A DNA stretch of 64,000 nt from Candidatus Poribacteria bacterium. Its GTDB lineage: Bacteria; Poribacteria; WGA-4E; WGA-3G. Shown here one piece after another: positions 29,724-40,138 of this stretch. The stretch lies in the NCBI GenBank assembly GCA_965215265.1, contig OZ244048.1, positions 3,040,001 through 3,104,000 on the forward strand, written 5' to 3'. Made by a program: the position numbers and the translations under genes. The notes beneath the pieces are model-generated. The model made no database searches. It was given only the letters and a program-made list of their open reading frames with translations, and was not told where the DNA came from. Numbering within the stretch: the first letter of the stretch is position 1; every line of letters starts with the position of its first letter.

Positions 29724-32700
29724 ATGAAATCAGGAGACCATGTTATATTTTGTGCGTTCGCACTTCTTCTCGGGGCAATCACCTTTGTAAACGGGTGTGT
29801 GAGGACAGAAACGACGCGAAAAGCCGACTGGGAGACCCACTTTACCGATTTGCAATTTGTAAATTCGAAACAGGGTTGGATTGTCGGACTTGAGGGACTG
29901 ATCGTCCATACGGAAGACGGCGGAAAAACGTGGAAAAAACAAGAAGTTGACACAACCGGGGATTTTAAGGCGCTCTATTTTGTTAATACGCGTTATGGAT
30001 GGGCAGTTGGAGACGAAGGGCTCGTCGCCACAACAGACGATGGGGGTAGACACTGGACGTTGCAAAAAAGTGGCACGCATGCGATGCTCCGCGATGTCTT
30101 TTTTGCAAATTCAAAAGAAGGGTGGATTGTCGGGGAAGATGCCGATGTCATTTACACTAAAAACGGTGGCAAAGAATGGAAACGCTATGAGTACGTCAGC
30201 GAATTCCCACTCAACGGCGTTTGGTTCGTTGATGATTCCAAAGGTTGGGTTGTCGGCACCTATGATAGGATTTTCCATACCAAAAACGGGGGCGAATCGT
30301 GGAACGAACAGAGCAACCGGTTTGAAGGTGAACGCGACCGCATGATTAACGATAATAAAAAAGTCTTCTTCATCAGTGACAATGAAGGCTGGCTTGTTGG
30401 AAGCGACGGATCGATTTTCCATACCACGACAAGCGGTGTCAACTGGGAACGACAAGACAGCCGGATTCCACTCATTAATGGGCATGTGCGGGATACTATT
30501 AACAGCATCCATTTTACAGATGAGAATTACGGTATCGCCGTCGCGGATGTCGGATTTATTACGCGAACCCACGACGGGGGTGAGAATTGGCAATTAATGG
30601 AAAGCGGTACTGAAAATAATTTAACTGCAATCCAATGGACATCCGCCAAAGAGGCATGGGCGGTCGGATGGTATGGAACGATTCTCCACACCGCGGATGC
30701 GGGTGCCACGTGGCAGATGAAGAGCGGGACCACGGCGAACGATCTTCAGAACGTCCAATTTACGGACGCGAACCGTGCTATTGCTGTCGGCAGAAGAGGG
30801 ACTATGGCGATGAGCAACGATGGTGGCCAAACATGGAACGAAGTTGACACAGACATCTGGGACGGAATCTGGAACATCTATTTTGCCTCTGACAAGCATG
30901 GATGGGCAGTCGGTGAACGTGGCCTCATTGTTCATACCAACGACGGTGGACAAAATTGGGAACCTCAACGGGGACCTTCAGCTTTTACGCTTCGGGCTGT
31001 TCACTTTATTAATCCTAAGACAGGCTGGATTGTTGGAGACCTCGGAACCATTCTACATACAATGGATGGTGGCATAACTTGGCTCCCGCAAATTCCAATT
31101 GGGGATTTTCATTCTCTTATGCTGAAAGGTGTCTTTTTCCTTGATGAAAAGAGAGGCTGGGCAATCGGTTGGCCAGGAATTTGCCTCTCAACACATGATG
31201 GTGGTTTGACCTGGAACCAACAGGAGACACCAACCTTCAACGAACTTTACGGCATTTACTTCGCAGATGAAAAAATAGGCTGGATTGTCGGACAGTTTGG
31301 CGAAATTTTATATACGAAAAACGGCGGAAAAAATTGGAGGTTCCAGCGGAGTGGCACGCAAGAAAATCTAAATAAACTCTATTTTGCCGATGCAAATCAT
31401 GGACTGATTGTCGGAGATAACGGCGTGATTCTGACAACCGTTAACGGCGGCACCAAGTGGGAAATCCAAGAGAGCGGTACCGAAAATGACCTTTACGGAT
31501 TAGCCCTATCGCCCGAAGGCGTTGTGGCTGTTGGCAAAGGTGGTATTGCGATGCGGTACTCGGTTGAAGAAATAGAACTACCTGCCAAGTTACCACCTGT
31601 CGCCGAGGTGGAGATAGTAACTGCAGAGAAAGAAACGGTTGTTGAACCGGTTGTCTACCACTGGGATATTATCCGTCAAGCAGCGTGGCGAACTAACTTT
31701 TCAGATATCCATTTCGCGGACGCACAAAACGGGTGGGCAGTCGGCTCAGGTGGTGCAATAGCCCGTACTTCGGACGGTGGGGAGACCTGGCTTCCGCAAC
31801 ACAGCGGCGTAACTGACAATTTGCAGCATGTAGAATTTGATGACGAAAAACATGGTAGAATCCTTGGAGCTGGAGTCTTACTCAAGACGGATAATGGAGG
31901 CGAAACATGGGAAATAGTTGTCCAAACAACGAAACAAAACCTTCCGCGTGTCAGCACAATGCACTTCTTGAATGCTGAAGAGGGGTGGCTTGGTGCCGCG
32001 ATTGGACAAACCTTGCACACAACCGACGGTGGAAAAACATGGAAGCTTCAGAAAACTGGAACGACGATGCAATCTATCACTGCGCTGCACTTTATCAACA
32101 GTCAGGAAGGTTGGGCGGTGACGCCGCAGCGACGAGACGGCGGATTCATTCTCCAGACCGTTGATGGGGGAGATTATTGGAAGATTCAGGCGAAAACCAA
32201 CCAACCCGGCATCGCAGTCCATTTTGTAGACAAAACCCACGGTTGGGTCATCCTCGGCAACGGGAATTCGTTGCTTACTGAGGATGGTGGTGAAACTTGG
32301 AAATTGAGAACGGCTATGAAAGGAGCAGAGGGGTTACGTCGCGTGACATTTAGTTCCCATACGCAGGCCTGGGGCCTTGGTAGGCGTGGTGCTTTTATCA
32401 CTGAAGATCAAGGCATGAATTGGAAAGCAGTACCTGTCACTATTAAAGGGGAGAGAGTTACTAGGACAACACCTGAACCGGAGCTACCTGAAGAGATGGC
32501 TTTAGCGAAAGCAGCAGAAACGGAAGAAAAAGAAGAAGGACCTACGCTGCGATATAACGAATCGCCTGTTGATGCGCTTCAAAATAGACTTCGGGCTCAA
32601 ACCCAACGGCCTGGGCGGTTCGCGCCAGAAGGTGAGCTTCCACCGGATACAGTTGAAGTGCGCCCGGTGCAAGAGCCAAATAGACAGCAGACGGAACCCG

Positions 32701-33755
32701 AACCACCACGAGAATCTCAAGGCAGAAGGCGCAGAAGCCAACGCATCGCCAGCGTTTATTTTTTGGACGCGCAACAGGCATGGGCAGCTGGCAGTGCCGG
32801 AAGTATCTATCGCACTGTGGACGGCGGGAAAACATGGGAGCGGCAACTTGGAGAGCCTGAGCTCAATAACTTCCGAGAGGTGCTCTTCTACGATGAGAAG
32901 AATGGTTGGATTGCCGGAGATAGGGGTGTCCTCTTAGAAACCCAAGATGGTGGTCAGAATTGGAACCCTCTTCCGATCGGAACGCGCCAACGCTTCATCG
33001 GGATTCACTTCGCGAGTATGGAGCCAAAATGGGGATGGACAATGCGCAGTGACGGGACCGTTCTATACACGACAGAAGGGCAAAAGTGGACAGCCGGTGA
33101 TACGCCTGAGCGGCCCCCCTTCATGGAAGGCGATGCGCCCGGCCCCTTTTCTCTTAATGATGTCGACTTTGGTAAGTTTTCTGAAGGATGGGCGGTTGGT
33201 AGATTTGGAGACATCATCCACAACAAAGATGGGGGTCCTACGTGGACACTCCAGCGCACCACTGCCAATGATACACTCACAAGTATTGATATGAAATTCG
33301 CGCCCCTCGGATGGGCAGTCGGACGCGGCGGGGCTGTCCAGCGCACCATCAATGGCGGGGAGTATTGGCGGCTCCACGAAAGCAAGACAAGCTACGAGCT
33401 CAATGCAGTCTCATTTATTGCAAAGCGGAAAGGATGGGCGGCTGGCGAAGCGGGTATCGTCTTAAAAACTACCGATGGCGGTTTTACTTGGATACCTAAG
33501 TCAATAGGTGTTCCCCAAACACTTCATGGCATTCTGGCGCTCTCTGAATCAGAAATCTATGCAGTTGGCGAAGCCGGCATGATTCTCCATTCAGCCGATG
33601 GTGGGGAAACGTGGACGCAAGAACATACCGATATTGATAATGACCTCTACGTTATCACACGGGCCAAAGATGGAAGCGCATTATGGGTTGTTGGGCAGTG
33701 GGGTGTTGTTCTCCGTCGGAAAATAGAGAGGCCGGAACGCGTATCAAGGCGGTAA
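29724..33755 (+). CDS. Large YCF48/BNR-repeat multi-propeller lipoprotein
   Basis: Lipobox-like VNGC; more than 20 GWxVG..TxDGGxTW repeats; Pro/Glu-rich linkers; GGAGG RBS. Confidence 0.88.
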   Translation: MKSGDHVIFCAFALLLGAITFVNGCVRTETTRKADWETHFTDLQFVNSKQGWIVGLEGLIVHTEDGGKTWKKQEVDTTGDFKALYFVNTRYGWAVGDEGLVATTDDGGRHWTLQKSGTHAMLRDVFFANSKEGWIVGEDADVIYTKNGGKEWKRYEYVSEFPLNGVWFVDDSKGWVVGTYDRIFHTKNGGESWNEQSNRFEGERDRMINDNKKVFFISDNEGWLVGSDGSIFHTTTSGVNWERQDSRIPLINGHVRDTINSIHFTDENYGIAVADVGFITRTHDGGENWQLMESGTENNLTAIQWTSAKEAWAVGWYGTILHTADAGATWQMKSGTTANDLQNVQFTDANRAIAVGRRGTMAMSNDGGQTWNEVDTDIWDGIWNIYFASDKHGWAVGERGLIVHTNDGGQNWEPQRGPSAFTLRAVHFINPKTGWIVGDLGTILHTMDGGITWLPQIPIGDFHSLMLKGVFFLDEKRGWAIGWPGICLSTHDGGLTWNQQETPTFNELYGIYFADEKIGWIVGQFGEILYTKNGGKNWRFQRSGTQENLNKLYFADANHGLIVGDNGVILTTVNGGTKWEIQESGTENDLYGLALSPEGVVAVGKGGIAMRYSVEEIELPAKLPPVAEVEIVTAEKETVVEPVVYHWDIIRQAAWRTNFSDIHFADAQNGWAVGSGGAIARTSDGGETWLPQHSGVTDNLQHVEFDDEKHGRILGAGVLLKTDNGGETWEIVVQTTKQNLPRVSTMHFLNAEEGWLGAAIGQTLHTTDGGKTWKLQKTGTTMQSITALHFINSQEGWAVTPQRRDGGFILQTVDGGDYWKIQAKTNQPGIAVHFVDKTHGWVILGNGNSLLTEDGGETWKLRTAMKGAEGLRRVTFSSHTQAWGLGRRGAFITEDQGMNWKAVPVTIKGERVTRTTPEPELPEEMALAKAAETEEKEEGPTLRYNESPVDALQNRLRAQTQRPGRFAPEGELPPDTVEVRPVQEPNRQQTEPEPPRESQGRRRRSQRIASVYFLDAQQAWAAGSAGSIYRTVDGGKTWERQLGEPELNNFREVLFYDEKNGWIAGDRGVLLETQDGGQNWNPLPIGTRQRFIGIHFASMEPKWGWTMRSDGTVLYTTEGQKWTAGDTPERPPFMEGDAPGPFSLNDVDFGKFSEGWAVGRFGDIIHNKDGGPTWTLQRTTANDTLTSIDMKFAPLGWAVGRGGAVQRTINGGEYWRLHESKTSYELNAVSFIAKRKGWAAGEAGIVLKTTDGGFTWIPKSIGVPQTLHGILALSESEIYAVGEAGMILHSADGGETWTQEHTDIDNDLYVITRAKDGSALWVVGQWGVVLRRKIERPERVSRR

Positions 33756-33791
33756 TGTGTATCTCTGGTTAGAATCAGTTGGCACTCTGTG

Positions 33792-33812
33792 TGGCGAGGA
33801 TTCCCCTCGCCA
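33792..33812. terminator. Hairpin downstream of the large YCF48 gene (possible terminator)
   Basis: TGGCGAGG-ATTCC-CCTCGCCA; no clear U-tract. Confidence 0.35.
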
Positions 33813-33967
33813 TGCACACAATTTTGTCCTCGTGACAAATAGATTGTAGGTTAATCTAAAAACTATTTGTCAGAGGTCTTACCAAATCCTACCCAAAAGA
33901 CGGTTTGTGCAAGCAGACTTGCCGTATAGCACAAGAAAACGAAGTAACTCTGCTTCACACATTTTTC

Positions 33968-33996
33968 TTGGCATTTTTCCAAAATTATGATAAAAT
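33968..33996 (+). promoter_or_regulatory. Sigma70-type promoter for the vWA gene
   Basis: TTGGCA-17 bp-TAAAAT with an extended TG. Confidence 0.5.
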
Positions 33997-34026
33997 TCTA
34001 TCAATTTATAACGGAAAATCGAAGAG

Positions 34027-34998
34027 ATGAAATCAAAATCCAGCAAATCTTTACTCATTTCAGTTGCTTTGCACGCGCTCGTTGGGGTTCTCGGGTTCTT
34101 TTTCTGGTTTAGCACGAAACCGACGGGTGAAGTCGCCAGTATCAACGCGTTGTTCATCACTGAAGAAAAACCGAAAGTACGACGTGTGACACCGCCAAAA
34201 CGCACGGAGATCCGACAACAAACCACGCGGAATATGAGCCAGCCGCGTCTGAAAATCCTGACGAGCAATGAACCGGTGAGCAACCGGGGCGTAGTATCTG
34301 CGTCGGAACCGGCACCGTTCCAGCCGTTTGGGACGCTTAACTTAGATGATAGCATGGCCGGGCCGACCTCAACAACTGTGGAATTTGGAGAGGCACCACG
34401 CGTCCAGAGAACTATTGAACGGCCTTTTAAAAAGCAAGAGAAAACAGAAACGCGTGCTAAGAGTAGACTCGTTAAATTTATTGAGGCACAAGAAGGGGCA
34501 CAACGGATTATCTATTGCGTGGATCTGTCTACCAGTATGCAGAATCTTCCAGAGCCAAAATTCATGAAGATTGTTAATCTGATGCGCAACTCACTAACTT
34601 TCCTGGAACCACACGATAGTTTTAACATCGTGGCATTTAGCACAGAGTTGGTTATGTATCAGAAAGATTTTGTCCCGGTGAGAGAGGAGACTGTAACAGC
34701 ATCAGCGGCGTATTTAGCGGACATCCAATCACAGATTCACACGAAAGGTGCAGATCACGATATGTTGACAGCATTGACCGAAATAGCCAAAACGGGTCCG
34801 ACGATAGTGGTACTTTTTAGCGATGGAATTCCGACAACCCTTGAAAAACCCGATTTGATGTTAGTCGGACAACATGCAACAGGCAACGGGCATATCTTCG
34901 CAATGGGTATTGGGATGGCACCCAATTTTCCCGGTGCAGTCATGTTGAAGCAACTTGCTACCGTTAGCACCGGAGACCTCTGGCTCGTTGATAGATAA
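34027..34998 (+). CDS. Membrane-anchored vWA domain protein with a TonB-like N-terminal anchor
   Basis: TM ISVALHALV (TonB-like SxxxH), MIDAS DLSTSM, FNIVAFS and LFSDG. Confidence 0.75.
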   Translation: MKSKSSKSLLISVALHALVGVLGFFFWFSTKPTGEVASINALFITEEKPKVRRVTPPKRTEIRQQTTRNMSQPRLKILTSNEPVSNRGVVSASEPAPFQPFGTLNLDDSMAGPTSTTVEFGEAPRVQRTIERPFKKQEKTETRAKSRLVKFIEAQEGAQRIIYCVDLSTSMQNLPEPKFMKIVNLMRNSLTFLEPHDSFNIVAFSTELVMYQKDFVPVREETVTASAAYLADIQSQIHTKGADHDMLTALTEIAKTGPTIVVLFSDGIPTTLEKPDLMLVGQHATGNGHIFAMGIGMAPNFPGAVMLKQLATVSTGDLWLVDR

Positions 34999-35010
34999 GG
35001 GATCAGGCTC

Positions 35011-36134
35011 ATGCGTCAGTCTATACTTACGCGTGCTAAAGAAATTGCGAACGGGCTCTATCCGCACCAGATTGAAGGCATAGCCTTTCTGCTCAGTCGC
35101 CGGCGTGCCCTTCTCGCTAATTACATGGACTTAGGCAAAACCCGGCAATCGGTTCTGGCGATGGTTGAAGCCGAACGCACGGGTCCGTATCTGGTTATCT
35201 GTCCTGCATCTGTTAAACGGAATTGGGAACGTGAAATTCTGTACGTACTCCTGAAGGTTGACACTGCCATCGTTGGCCCCACAGATGCAACGGAGGAGGC
35301 AGATAAGAATCCAGAGCGGCGACGAGTAGTCGGTAAGTTAGCCACAGCTCGCCGAAAACTTGCGTTCGCGAAGTGTCGCCATACCATAAAATTTGTCAAA
35401 AATGCCATTGAACAAGGCGAAAAAGTTATTCTTTTTTCTACGTTCCTGAATACTATTGAACGTTTTTATAAACACTTCGGTACGCAGGCAGTCGTCGTAT
35501 CCGGAGAAGTACCAACTGGGGAACGGCAAACCCGCGTCGATCAGTTTCAAAACGATGCGAATGTCAGACTCTTCATTGCCAATATGCACGTCGCGGGAGT
35601 CGGCTTAAATCTGACAGCTGGACGACAAGTCGTGTTTAACGATTTGGATTGGGTGCCAGCGAAAGCGAGCTTAATGAGTGCCTTCGTTGAAGGCACTTTG
35701 TTGATGCCTGATGAAAACAGCCCACTACAAGGAGATGTCCTCAGCGAACTCAAACTCTGATGAATGTACTATCTATCCATGCCACCGAAATTGAGCAGAC
35801 ACAACTGCTTGATGTCCTCCGTAAGGTGAGTGATGCCTACCTTGAAGATAACGTGTCACATCTCCGCGAAGCCACGCGTGAACAACTCCGTCCATACTCC
35901 GAAGAAGCTATCCATACCCTTGCCAAAGTCATAGCTGAACCTCAGCGTACCGTATATCATGTTCAGGATTCTTCACAAAAAGAGCAGTTTTATACACTTG
36001 AGGTCGTAGGCGCAGACGTTACGTGCGGCTGTCCGGGTTTCATATACCGCGGTAGCTGCCGACATGTCCGGCCGCTGAAATCCGCTCTCGTTGCTGATAA
36101 ACCGTTGCCAGAAGGGTATCAAAAAATTTGCTAA
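35011..36134 (+). pseudogene. Decayed SNF2-family helicase with a C-terminal SWIM zinc finger, split into ORFs 35011-35760 and 35760-36134
   Basis: LYPHQ.EG, degenerate Walker A ANYMDLGKT, VICPASV..NW.RE, KVILFS and GVGLNLT; no DEAH box or motif VI; CGCPGF....CRH SWIM motif in the second ORF. Confidence 0.7.
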
Positions 36135-36298
36135 GTTAATAGTGGAGTACGGATCCATATTTTCAGCAACTTTCTCACGGTTAAACAGTATATGCAAACT
36201 GCCGCTTATTCCATACAATTTTAAGGTTGTCGCTTTCCAAAAAATGTGGCGTGCAGATCCTGTTCAAGTCAAGGTTTTTTTCGGACAAAAAATTGCTG

Positions 36299-36326
36299 GC
36301 ATATACCGAAGTGTATATGCTATAAT
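36299..36326 (+). promoter_or_regulatory. Extended -10 promoter abutted by an 8-6-8 inverted repeat (candidate operator)
   Basis: GCATATAC-cgaagt-GTATATGC followed directly by TATAAT. Confidence 0.5.
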
Positions 36327-36351
36327 GGCTTAAACCAAAGGAGACAGCAAA

Positions 36352-36960
36352 ATGAAATTGCAATCCGTAAAAGCAAGTTTTTGGCTTGCAAAACTGAGAT
36401 TTCCGCTACTTGTCGAACTTCGCTTGCAAGCACTTTTTGTGATACTGTTAACGGTGATGTTTGCTGGGTGCTATACGAAACTCGGTTACTATGATACTGC
36501 CTACCTCCAGCAAGAGAAATATGAACTGGTAACGGATACAGGGGAAGAAACGGAAAAAGATGCTAATGTCCAAAAACCGGCAGAAGTAGAAGAATCTGAA
36601 GGCTATTATGGACGAAGAAAGCCGCCGTCCCGTATTTCAACTCCTTACATAGGAGATACCTATTGGACAACTTATGTACCTTACTGGTTTGCCTACTATC
36701 CGGTGGTTCCTTATTATTATCCTTATCCGGCCTACGGATACAGTAGATACTACGGTTACTCCGCCTATTATCCGTGGTATTATAATAACTATTATCTTTA
36801 TAGGTGGTACCGGAGAAGCACTTACGTTCCTAACTCGCGACGGACGTATAAAAACAGCAGCATAAGGCGTGAGCATCGACGTTCAAGGAGTGTAACTTCG
36901 CCACGGACGCAATCTGAACGGTTTCAGCATGGAAAAACCAGAAATAAACCATCAAAATAA
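36352..36960 (+). CDS. Tyr-rich / Arg-rich lipoprotein
   Basis: Lipobox FAGC, YY/YP-rich core, basic tail; AAGGAG RBS. Confidence 0.7.
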   Translation: MKLQSVKASFWLAKLRFPLLVELRLQALFVILLTVMFAGCYTKLGYYDTAYLQQEKYELVTDTGEETEKDANVQKPAEVEESEGYYGRRKPPSRISTPYIGDTYWTTYVPYWFAYYPVVPYYYPYPAYGYSRYYGYSAYYPWYYNNYYLYRWYRRSTYVPNSRRTYKNSSIRREHRRSRSVTSPRTQSERFQHGKTRNKPSK

Positions 36961-36977
36961 CAACGGAGGAATAAAAA

Positions 36978-38291
36978 ATGAAACAGACAGTGGACACATC
37001 TTTAAGACGAAACTTGCATATTCCCTATATTGTAATGTATTGGCTTATCGCAACAGCGTTTTTCGTGCCTGCTGTGACAGCCCAAGTGGAAGAGATAGCT
37101 ATCGGCAATACGTTTGGGCTCGGTGCCCGGAGCATGGGCATGGGCGGTGCATCACTTGGACTAGCTGATGATTTCACAGCACTCTATTGGAATCCTGCAG
37201 GCATGGCACAAATCCGAAAATTTGAACTGTTCAGTAGCTTTTCATACAATACGGCGAGTGCGGATACTTACTTCGCTGATTCACAAGTAACAGGAACTAG
37301 TCGGACGCGGACACGCCCAAACGCTTTCGGGTTTGTTTATCCGTTCCAGGTTAGGCAAGGCGGTCTGGCAATTGCCTTTGGCTATAATCGTCCACAAAAC
37401 TTTGATTATCAGACAGATATTCAAGGGATAGATCCAAGTTCAGGAACCGAATTTAGTGGGCTTGATGTTAAGGAAACTAACGTCAACAGCGGTGGAATAG
37501 GTATCTGGAGTTTTGGCATCAGTACGTTCGTTGCCAAGCGAATTCTCATTGGCGGTTCATTAGATTTCTGGCAAGGACAGAGTTTGAATGAATTAGATGC
37601 AACAGCCACTGACATAGTGAACGTGGATGGCGATTTGGCGCGCTTCAGATATGACGACGAAATTGATAGGGAATACTCCGGGCTCGGTGGAAGAGTGGGG
37701 CTTCTCGTACATCTGACAGATGCCATCAGCCTTGGTTTGACACTCGTTTCTCCAATTGAATTGGGCGTTGACGAACTCTGGTATCAGCATACTCAGTTAC
37801 TTTATGATAGTGGTGAAGAGGAGTCAGATTCGCAAAGTGGTTCACAAACATTTGATATTGAGCGTCCGTTTGAAATTGGAACAGGATTTGCTGTCAAACT
37901 GCTAAATAATCAGTTAATCTTGGGAGGTGATATTCAACTTACGGACTGGTCACAAACACGCTACGACCCGGTTCCTGCGGACGACATCTCGAAAGATAAT
38001 TTTACGAAGTCCTATGCCATCACTTTCCAGACGCGGGTTGGGGCAGAATATCGAATTCCACAGATTGATACACACATCCGTCTGGGCTATTTTCGAGATA
38101 CGATTCCATTTACGGAAACCGAGATTGAGAATGAGCGGGATTTTTTGACTGCAGGGATTGGAAAAATTTTCGAGGATGCCCTGAAGTTTGATCTGGCGTA
38201 TATGCACGGCAATTGGCAGCTGCACCGGAACGCACTAACGACTGAACGGATTACACACCGTGTGTTCGTGTCTGCAGCGTACCGCTTTTGA
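36978..38291 (+). CDS. OmpP1/FadL-like outer-membrane transport barrel
   Basis: GARSMGMGGA..ADD.TALYWNPAG motif; C-terminal AYRF. Confidence 0.8.
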   Translation: MKQTVDTSLRRNLHIPYIVMYWLIATAFFVPAVTAQVEEIAIGNTFGLGARSMGMGGASLGLADDFTALYWNPAGMAQIRKFELFSSFSYNTASADTYFADSQVTGTSRTRTRPNAFGFVYPFQVRQGGLAIAFGYNRPQNFDYQTDIQGIDPSSGTEFSGLDVKETNVNSGGIGIWSFGISTFVAKRILIGGSLDFWQGQSLNELDATATDIVNVDGDLARFRYDDEIDREYSGLGGRVGLLVHLTDAISLGLTLVSPIELGVDELWYQHTQLLYDSGEEESDSQSGSQTFDIERPFEIGTGFAVKLLNNQLILGGDIQLTDWSQTRYDPVPADDISKDNFTKSYAITFQTRVGAEYRIPQIDTHIRLGYFRDTIPFTETEIENERDFLTAGIGKIFEDALKFDLAYMHGNWQLHRNALTTERITHRVFVSAAYRF

Positions 38292-38307
38292 TGTCAGTAT
38301 AAGCGAG

Positions 38308-38359
38308 CCAGTTCCTATAAGGACAGCTACTTAATCAATTCTGCCCTTATAAGAACTGG
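38308..38359. terminator. Long imperfect hairpin between the convergent FadL-like gene and rplQ
   Basis: ccagttcctataaggacag ... ctgcccttataagaactgg. Confidence 0.45.
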
Positions 38360-38385
38360 TAATGGAAAATGGAGGACATCGTCGG

Positions 38386-38787
38386 TTAAACGAGTTGGAT
38401 GTATGCCATTTGTGCCCCGTCGCCTTTTCTGAGTTCACCTCGTATAATTCGCGTATAACCGCCATTCCGGTCTTGATAGCGTGGTCCGATTTCATCAAAC
38501 AACTTGTGTATAACAGCGTGCTTATCAATCGCGGCACTTTCTCCTCTCTGCGGCGTGTAGTGTAAGTCGCGTCCGTAGAGAAACTTTGCAGCTTGTCGGC
38601 GGGCATGCGAGTCGCCTTTTTTAGCGAGGGTAATCAATTTTTCAGCAAAACTCCGCAGCTCCTTGCATTTTGGCAAGGTGGTCCGGATCTGTTCATGTTC
38701 AAAGAGTGCTGTTGCTTGATTTCGGAATAGCGCCTTGCGATGACTTGTAGTTCTGCCGAGTTTCCTGCCATGTTTTCTATGTCTCAT
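38386..38787 (-). CDS. rplQ: 50S ribosomal protein L17
   Basis: MRHRK..RKLGRT.SHRKAL and RNGGYTRI; overlaps the rpoA stop. Confidence 0.97.
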   Translation of the reverse strand: MRHRKHGRKLGRTTSHRKALFRNQATALFEHEQIRTTLPKCKELRSFAEKLITLAKKGDSHARRQAAKFLYGRDLHYTPQRGESAAIDKHAVIHKLFDEIGPRYQDRNGGYTRIIRGELRKGDGAQMAYIQLV

Positions 38788-39805
38788 CTGCTTCTTCTCC
38801 TTTCTCATCTTCAACGGTATTGAGGTATTCCTCTCCGTTGCTGTGTTCATCGTCAAAGTTCATACCGAATTTGAGCCCCATGTTGCTGAGCTGGTTCTTA
38901 ATTTCAATCAGCGAGGTTTTCCCGAAATTCTTGTATGCGAGCATATTTCGCTCGTCCTTCATCACGAGTTCGCGGATGGTTTTGATATTCGCGTTTTTCA
39001 GGCAATTTGAGGCACGTACAGAGAGGTCCAGTTCCGAGACAGGTTTTTCTAGGTGTCTATCTCGCCTCATTTTCACTGGGTCTACCTCTGGTTCTGGTTC
39101 AATGTAGGTTTCATCAAAATCCTCAAACAGTTCAAACTGTTTTATCAAAATCTTAGCGGCCTGGGTTACCGCTTGCTTTGGGGTGATACTTGCATCTGTC
39201 CAAACTTCAAGGTTAAGGCTATCAAAGTTAGTCATATCACCGACGCGAGTTTCTTCAACGGAAAAATTAACTTTTTCGATAGGGGAAAATTTTGCATCCA
39301 CAGGAATCAATCCGATAGGATTCTTCACGGGTCTGTGGTCTTCAGCTAGGGAGTATCCCCTTCCGTTTCGGAGCTGGATTTCCATATCCAATCCGTCGCA
39401 TCTATCAAGTGTAGCGATGTGCTGGTCTGGGTTTATAATTTCAACACGGGCGTTCGGACGGATGTCTGCCGCGGTTAATTCTCCTGAGCCAGCGGCACTC
39501 AGATTTAACTCTACGAGGTCATCTGTATCAATCCGGAACCGGATCTCCTTGAGGTTGAGAATAATCTGTACGACATCCTCTTTGACACCGGGGATTGTGG
39601 AATATTCATGCTGTACCTGGTCAATGCGAATTGCAGTAATTGCGGCCCCTTTAATTGAAGAAAAGAGGATTCGGCGAAACGCGTTACCGAGGGTTGTTCC
39701 AAATCCTCGTTCAAAAGGTTCAGCAGTATACTTTCCATAATTAGTGCGTAAAGTTGACGTATCAGTTATCACTCGCTCGGGTCTCTGTAGCTCGGACCTT
39801 ATCAT
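38777..39805 (-). CDS. rpoA: RNA polymerase alpha subunit
   Basis: [29 protein letters not shown] and LSVRASNCL. Confidence 0.98.
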   Translation of the reverse strand: MIRSELQRPERVITDTSTLRTNYGKYTAEPFERGFGTTLGNAFRRILFSSIKGAAITAIRIDQVQHEYSTIPGVKEDVVQIILNLKEIRFRIDTDDLVELNLSAAGSGELTAADIRPNARVEIINPDQHIATLDRCDGLDMEIQLRNGRGYSLAEDHRPVKNPIGLIPVDAKFSPIEKVNFSVEETRVGDMTNFDSLNLEVWTDASITPKQAVTQAAKILIKQFELFEDFDETYIEPEPEVDPVKMRRDRHLEKPVSELDLSVRASNCLKNANIKTIRELVMKDERNMLAYKNFGKTSLIEIKNQLSNMGLKFGMNFDDEHSNGEEYLNTVEDEKGEEADET

Positions 39806-39984
39806 CGATTTCCTCCTATAGGATTAATTGGACTTTTTGTTTATGTAGGCGCGCGTAGGGCGAGCCTGGGCAATGCGCCTTAATGTGCACGTTGAATGCT
39901 GATTTCCGCACCCTTCATTGGGGTTTACGGACACGTTCTGCAAAGACATCAGGACTTCACCCGTGCCCTATATGGACGGCTAAA

Positions 39985-40058
39985 AGTTGCGAGATAGGTA
40001 TTCTTTGTCTCTCCTTTCAGGAGAGACAAAGAATACCTTTTACTCGCAACCCACTGGG
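39985..40058. repeat. REP-like palindromic element, copy 1 (rpsD-rpoA spacer)
   Basis: GTTGCGAG/CTCGCAAC outer stem, perfect 20-bp inner stem, CCACTGGG tail. Confidence 0.85.
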
Positions 40059-40138
40059 TGGATTGTTCATTAGGTGTGGGAATCCTGCAGATACTTCCGC
40101 TGCAATTGGCCAAGCCATATTGGAATATGAAGGGGTGC

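Noticed and set aside
29724-33755. Photosynthesis inferred from YCF48 repeats
   Set aside because: The repeat is a generic BNR propeller and no photosystem genes are present
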